Shown here: in pieces, positions 57,707 to 64,000 of the stretch | Position numbering within the stretch: the stretch's first letter is position 1 | Layout of the letters: each line of letters starts with the position of its first letter | Source: Pristiophorus japonicus | Lineage: Eukaryota | Reading direction: 5' to 3' | DNA: 64,000 bases | Assembly: GCF_044704955.1 (NCBI RefSeq) | Contig: NC_091996.1 | Location: 17,856,001 to 17,920,000 of the forward strand | Notes under the pieces: model-generated | What the model saw: the letters and a program-made list of their open reading frames with translations, nothing else | Told to the model about the DNA's origin: nothing | Databases searched by the model: none | Translations under genes and position numbers: made by a program

Positions 57707-59573
57707 AATATGTTGTTAGAGGTCATCCTTCAATTAGAACCCCAGAAGTTTACAATGCAGAAAGAGGCCATTAGGCCTATCGTGTTTGTGCTGCCTCTTC
57801 CCTAGAGCAATCCAAAACTAATCCCACTAGCTCACTCTCCCCCATAGCCTATATCCTTTGCTTCACATATTTATAGACTCTATCCTAGCCATTCCCTGTG
57901 GTAAAGCATTCCATGTTTCAACAATCCTCTGTGAAGAAATTTCTCTAACCATCACTGGTCACTCTGTGATCATTTTAAATTGATGAGACCTTGTCACTGA
58001 CCCTCCAACCAGGGGAAATAGGCATTCCCCATGCACTCTACCAAAACTCCATTCAGCCGGTGCTCTGGCCAATATTTATCCCCCAATCAACATCACTAAA
58101 ACAGACTACCCGGTCATTATCATAGTGACTGCACTTCAAAAAGTACTTCATTGGTTGTAAAGCGCTTTGGGACGTCTGGTGCTCGTCGTCAAATGTGCTA
58201 TTTCAATGCAAGTGTTTCTTTTCTCCTCTTAGCTTGCTTTGCTTCAGTGGAAATAGTTCCAGATACTCAAGTCTCTCTTCATAACTATAGTTTTCCATCT
58301 CTGGAAAATAATGACACACCCAAAACTGCACACGCAGCTCTAACTGATCTAACCAATATTTTGTATAAATTTATCATTGCTTCTTTACTCTTGTACTTTG
58401 TCCCTATTTATAAAACCCCAAAATCTATGATCCTTTTTCATGGCTTTATCTATTTACACCCACACTTTCAGGGAATTATGCATTTGAACCTTAACGTCAA
58501 ACTTAAGGTTCATCTACACCCTTCAGAGTCTACCCATTCCTTGTGTTTTTTCTCCCAAACTGTATCACCTCAGCTTGCCCACATTGAATTGCATCTACCA
58601 CCGGCACTAGCATGTCTTATCTTTGTTGTGGCTCAGTTACTTGCTGGATAAACACTCTCAGCCATCAAAAGAGCAGGGTTCTCTCTGTTTAAGGAACAGC
58701 CCTCGCCCACCACAGGTAAATTTCCACAGGAGCTTTAACTTTGTGACCATTGTGCCCTTGTAAATTGGCCCTACTGTTTTCTGTGAATCAGGCTGTCCTT
58801 TAATTCTGTAATAGTTAAAAGCTGTGAAACCACAGGGCTTGGGACTACAATGGATATAACTGAATCAAGAATGCAGCAAGACTGGACATTACCTCCCCTC
58901 CAACGCTGAACACACCTACTCATGCAGTTAGTCATTTACAGGCTTTAATTTACTAAATGGGTCAGAGTTAACGTTACCCCAGTGGATAGCTGTGGGATGA
59001 CAACACCATCTTGAGACTCCTAAATATTTATAAATGGATGCCCAGACTCATCAGGAAATTGTGTGTACTGTGGTTTCGTGTACTATTGGCTGACTCAGCA
59101 AGCAGAAACCATGATTGATATATTTATTGAGGTGCATCTTCACATAACCGTGATTCCCTGAATAATAAAACGTGCTTGTTTTTCCTAGAATGATTTTCCC
59201 TGTACCAAGGGTTTGGCAATTTTGATTTTTTTTTTTCCTTCGTGGAGCTGCAGTCGCTTGCTGTATCCGATTCTGAAATCAGCATTCAGTGGGGGAAGAA
59301 GGAAAAGGCTATAACATAGTTCTTTTCAAATGGATATCATTATTTTTTTAAATCCAAACCTGTTTCATCAATTCAAATATTTTAAATTGTATAGACTGCT
59401 GATTATAAATACTCAACTTTAACACTATTTGCATTTTGAGTTGAGAGAGAATGGACAGAGTGCTGAGCAGCCCCGTAGAGAGGTAAGATGCAAAATTGAA
59501 TTACTAATCTCAGTAGCTCTGATGTGGGAGGCATTGTGTGGGGGTCATGTGACTCAGGAAAGGAAGTAACCCA

Positions 59574-59870
59574 ACTGGTTCACTAATGTCCTTTAGGGGA
59601 GGAAATCTGCCTTCCTTACCCGGTCTGGCCTATATGTGACTCCAGACCCAAAGCAATGTGGTTGGCTCTTAATTGCCCTCTGAAATGGCCTAGCAAGCCA
59701 CTCATTTGTACCAAACCGCTGCGACAAAGCCAGCACTTGGGAGTACCTTTACCGGAAGGACTGCAGCAGTTCAAGAAGGCGGCTCACCACCACTTTCTCG
59801 AGAGAAGTTCGGAATGGGTGATAAATGCTGGCCTTGCCAGCGCTGCCCACATCCCATGAATGAATAAATT
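59574..59870 (+). mobile_element. SINE sharing its 3' tail with the LINE at 10148-11082
   Basis: ggactgcagcagttcaagaaggcggctcaccaccac...ataaatgctggccttgccagc...gcccacatccc...gaataaa matches 10972-11082. Confidence 0.75.
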
Positions 59871-62373
59871 TTTAAAAAGGTGAAAATTGTAGAATCAACC
59901 ATGGCCATGTTCTTCAACGGCCGTAGGGTTGCAAAGATGTGAGAGCCAGTTGTATGTCAGCTGCGGGAGACGCATGGTTCAGAGAGACCAGAAGTAGTGA
60001 AAATGGTTCTCGGAGGGGAGATGAAGAATAAAGAATAACCCTAAAACTTGATTGTGGTGAGCTAGACAATCGAAACGAGAACTATTGCATTCTTTAGGAG
60101 AGGGCCACATTCCCCATGTTTAATGAGGAACCGTCTGTGTCTCCTCAGCAACTTTAATATGTACATGTTGTACACTGGAACAAGGACATCGGGTCTAGGC
60201 TCGCAGGTTGGAGCTGGACTGTAGATGGCCCTTAATTTCTAACCTGTTACTGTAGCTGAGTGCAGCCCTCCAGGTGTTGGGACCATATGCTGTTGTTGAT
60301 ATAAGATGTCCTTCAGCTGCATTCACACACATTTTGTTTCTTAAAAATAGCCATTGCCCTTAAAACTCATTTAAACTTGCATTTGCGTCACAGTTTCTAA
60401 AAGATGAGCTGTAGTAAGCAGAAAGGGATCAGCTGTTAAAATGTCCTCGTGTTGTGTGGAAGAAAGTCGGCAACATCCATAGGAATAGAGAAGTGGTTAC
60501 GAGGTAAGCGTCTGCATCAATACCAGCTGCCGTTGAGGCTCGAACACATTCTGGGTTTTTTCTATCTGGTTCCCACAGTATATTTTTCTCTGAGTAGGAA
60601 GGGTTAGTTCTATAATTTTCTTTTCTTTTAAAACCTTGGGTATGATTGAGTTTCAGATAGAAGATTGAATATTTTCAACCGGTTATGATGAAGTATTTTC
60701 TTGCTGAAATTCTTTTTATGGTTATGTAATTTAGACAGTATTGATGTGCATTGTTGTATCTCCCTAGCTGTGTTGCATGTCTTAAACTTACATCTGCACC
60801 GCTCTTCTGTGAGTATGATGAGTACCGTAATGGTGGTGGGCAGGGGTTAGTGTATCTATTTCCATGCGATGAGCCAAGGGCTATGAAACATTATACAATA
60901 ATATGTTGTTGGTTGGACACTAGTCACATTGAATGTTGTGTGGGAAAATCTGGCTCAGTTTATTGAAGTGAAGTCTTGGCAACTGTAGCTGGATTGAATT
61001 AGCAGAAGAATTGCTAACTCACTAATAAACAAGCTTATCCATCTCAGCAACTGTTTGGCATTACATTGCCAAATTTAAAGTTGCTTTATATAATAGTGTA
61101 ATTCATGTTGAAGTCTTGTGGGGACTGCTCAATTTAACCATCAGCTTGGATTTTGAATTTTAATGTCTATTTTGGGTAAACTTTCACAGCAATGCTTATT
61201 TTTGTCTTTGTTTTTGAATGTTGCTGTATAGCCTTGGGATTTCTTGAACGATGTGAATTGGGGATTGTTGAACCTGTAAAAATACAAGGTTCTTTTTCCC
61301 CAACCACTTGGGTTTTATTTGATGTGCAATTGATTGTCGGGCAGGTCTGTCGTAGAAGCACTGCATGTTGGCAATGGAAAGAGTGAAGCTGTGTAGCGAA
61401 AAGTTAAGTTGGTAAAGTGCAATTTCTCAATTTTTAACATTTTGAACACATTTTAGTTTGTATTGTTGGGATTGCTTTTCTGTGTATGTTACCCGAGAAC
61501 GATCTCCAGATTCACATACCTGGTATTTGCAATCCTGTTGGTTTCTATGGCAGGGTGATAATTTCATGTGCCATTTGTCTTTACAGTAAAAAAAAATGAC
61601 GTGGTGTCTATCGGATATTTATACTAATCTAGCTTCATGGTGCAAATCTGCAAACAGGAGATTGTGCTTATTTTTCTGCCCATGTCAGAATAAAATCTCT
61701 GCATCATCTACATTGGGACAGTGTTTTTCCCCTCAAACCAGCTACAAAGTGTACAGTTGTGTAAATGAGGCTACGCTGTACCTCAATCATGGGAAAATGT
61801 TGATCTTAGGATTGTCTTTCACTTTGGAAAAAGAATCAAAGTCTATTCAGTAGCTCTCATAAACCCTTCTGGTAAGTTGAACTGAATGCATGTACAGAAG
61901 TTCTGTTGTTTCAAATAGCTCGCGCTTGAACTTATTCCAGACTCCAGGAGATCAGTGCCGTGTGAGAAAGAGGAGACTTTTGTTATCATTCTCACCAGCT
62001 GTGTGATTCATTCTCTGATTCTCTCAGGAGAATGAGTGTGTTTTGAATGTACTTGGAGCCCACTAGATAGACACTGAAATGTCAGAGTAATTTGCCAGGC
62101 TGCTATTTCTGAAAAGGAAACATCTTATTATTTTGTTTAAAGCATTTAAAACAACATTGTTTTTAAGTGCAGACTGTTCCATCAAATTGATTTCTGTCCT
62201 CCATTTTTCCATTTCCCACACTAGTTGTGGCCTTTGTAAGTAACATTGCCAATTAGCACTGAGCTGGGTTGTGCTATGGGCTCATGCTGAACAGGAAGTG
62301 GTCTGAGACTGTCTATAAACTTATTTCACATGGTACTCTTACAGCCAGTAAACAGGAAATGTTCATCCAATCA

Positions 62374-62727
62374 GTCAGGACTGGATTTGTACATGGGTCC
62401 CAGAAGTGAAAGGTCAGGACTGGATTTGTGCACAGGTCCCAGAGGTGGAAGGTCAGGACTGGATTTGTACACAGGTCACAGAGGTGGAAGGTCAGGACTG
62501 GATTTGTGCACAGGTCACAGTGGTGGAAGGTCAGGACTGGATTTGTGCACAGGTCCCAGAGGTGGAAGGTCAGGACTGGGTTTGTGCACAGGTCCCAGAG
62601 GTGGAAGGTCAGGATTGGATTTGTACGCAGGTCACAGAGGTGAAAGGTCAGGACTGGATTTGTGCACCGGTCCCAGAGGTGGAAGGTCAGGACTGGATTT
62701 GTACGCAGGTACCAGAGGTGGAAGGTC
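62374..62727. repeat. 39-bp minisatellite, about 9 copies
   Basis: Unit TCAGGACTGGATTTGTGCACAGGTCCCAGAGGTGGAAGG, head-to-tail with no spacers. Confidence 0.95.
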
Positions 62728-63049
62728 TATGACTGATCCACTGAGCTGTCTAGTCCCTCTTTAATATCCATGTTATAGTCCGAATGTACCTTGTGGGTTT
62801 CTAATTTCTGTGAAATTCAGTCACAGGTTGTGCACCTGAATAAGTTGCGTCTAAATATTCAGATGAAATTAAAGCATGACCTATTTACCACATTTTATTG
62901 CAATTTCTCCTACCACAACACTGGAACAGTAGCTTTAATATCTTGAGCTATGGTGTATCCAGTTCAGGTACCTGCATGTGTTTCACTGTGGTCTGATAAA
63001 TCCACAGTTCCCCATGGACTGGGAAAGGAAAGAAATAAAAAGGTAAAAG

Positions 63050-63430
63050 ACTTGTATTTTGGCATCTTCTGCTAAAATATCCTGAAGTACTTCACATGCA
63101 ATGAATTACTTTTTAAGTGGAGTGACTATTGGAATGTAGGCCAATCCAGCAGTCAATTTGTAAAGTAAGATTCCAAAAACCACACATGAATGACCAGTTA
63201 ATCTGTTTTGATGCTGTCGGGTTAGGAAGGAATATTGGCTGGAACATCAGGCGAATTCTGTTCTGTTCTTCAAATGGTTCCATGGAATCTTTAGCATCCA
63301 CTTGAACTACAGGAAATTGGTTTAATTTCTCATTCAAAGAATGGCATCTCTGACAATACAGCACACCCCAGTACTTCACTGGAGTGTCTGCCTAGATTAT
63401 GTACTCAAAGCCTGGTGTGAGATATCATAA
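63050..63430 (-). mobile_element. Deu-domain SINE (diverged)
   Basis: Degenerate tail and core similar to the 11365 copy. Confidence 0.6.
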
Positions 63431-63519
63431 CCTTCTGTCTCTGCCAGCTTCTACCAAACCAACCAAACTGACCTCTCTTGGTTGAGAAAAAGAGCGAAGT
63501 CACAATAAGTTAGAAATAG

Positions 63520-63900
63520 TTGCATTTATATAGCACCTTTCATGACCACCGGACATCCCAAAGTACTTTACAGCAAATTAAGTACTTTTTGAAGTGTATT
63601 CACTGTTGTAATGTAGGAAGCATGGCAGCAAATTTGCTCACAGCAAGCTTCCATAAACAGCGATGTGATAATGACCAGATAAACTATTTTAATGATTTGA
63701 TTGAGGGATAAATATTGACCAGGACACCGGGGATAACTCCCTTGCTCTTCTTCAAAATAGTGCCCTGGGATCGATTACATCCACCTGAGAGGGCAGATGG
63801 GGACCTCTGTTTAACATTACATTCAAAAGACTGCATCTCCGACAGTGCAGCGCTCCCTCAGCCTAGATTTTGTGCTCCAGTCTCGAGTGCAACCCACAAC
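63520..63900 (-). mobile_element. Deu-domain SINE
   Basis: ttgcatttatatagcacc tail; gagggataaatattgaccaggacaccggggataactccc...catccacctgagagggcagatgggg core. Confidence 0.8.
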
Positions 63901-64000
63901 CTACCCAGAGTGATTCTCGGCTGCCCTAGTTCACTTCCCATTGGTTGGTTACAGAAGCCTGGGAAAAGATTAACTGCCAACCTTGGTCAGGGAATGCTGA

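Noticed and set aside
62374-62727. CRISPR-like array or 13-aa repeat protein (ORF 62330..62764)
   Set aside because: Units are head-to-tail with no unique spacers, there are no cas genes, and the context is eukaryotic; it is a minisatellite.

Overview
Repeat-dense vertebrate genomic DNA. The CR1/L2/Deu-SINE/Penelope repertoire suggests a cartilaginous fish (shark-like; inference). The only recognisable host coding sequence is the 5' part of a kynurenine aminotransferase I gene (KYAT1/CCBL1) on the minus strand. It has coding exons at 8630-8688 and 7893-8034, a candidate mitochondrial-leader exon near 14134-14281, and a candidate first exon in a CpG island at about 30.2-31.0 kb. The island looks bidirectional, with a plus-strand first exon (donor at 30965) and candidate 5'-UTR exons further right; vertebrate synteny suggests LRRC8A, but its CDS is not in the window. 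The rest is mostly transposons: three long CR1 LINEs (one with a near-intact ORF2, one chimeric), many CR1/L2 fragments, a pol-less Gypsy (Mag-like) LTR element, a solo LTR, Harbinger-like MITEs, a Tx1 fragment, Deu-domain SINEs, Penelope-derived hairpins and two minisatellites. The strongest unusual signal is at the ORF1/ORF2 junction of all three long CR1s: a virus-like slippery heptamer (T_TTA_AAC or G_TTA_AAC) sits directly before the ORF1 stop, with ORF2 open in the -1 frame, suggesting programmed -1 ribosomal frameshifting. Repeat boundaries without a TSD or TIR are approximate, and family names come from motif recognition, not database searches.
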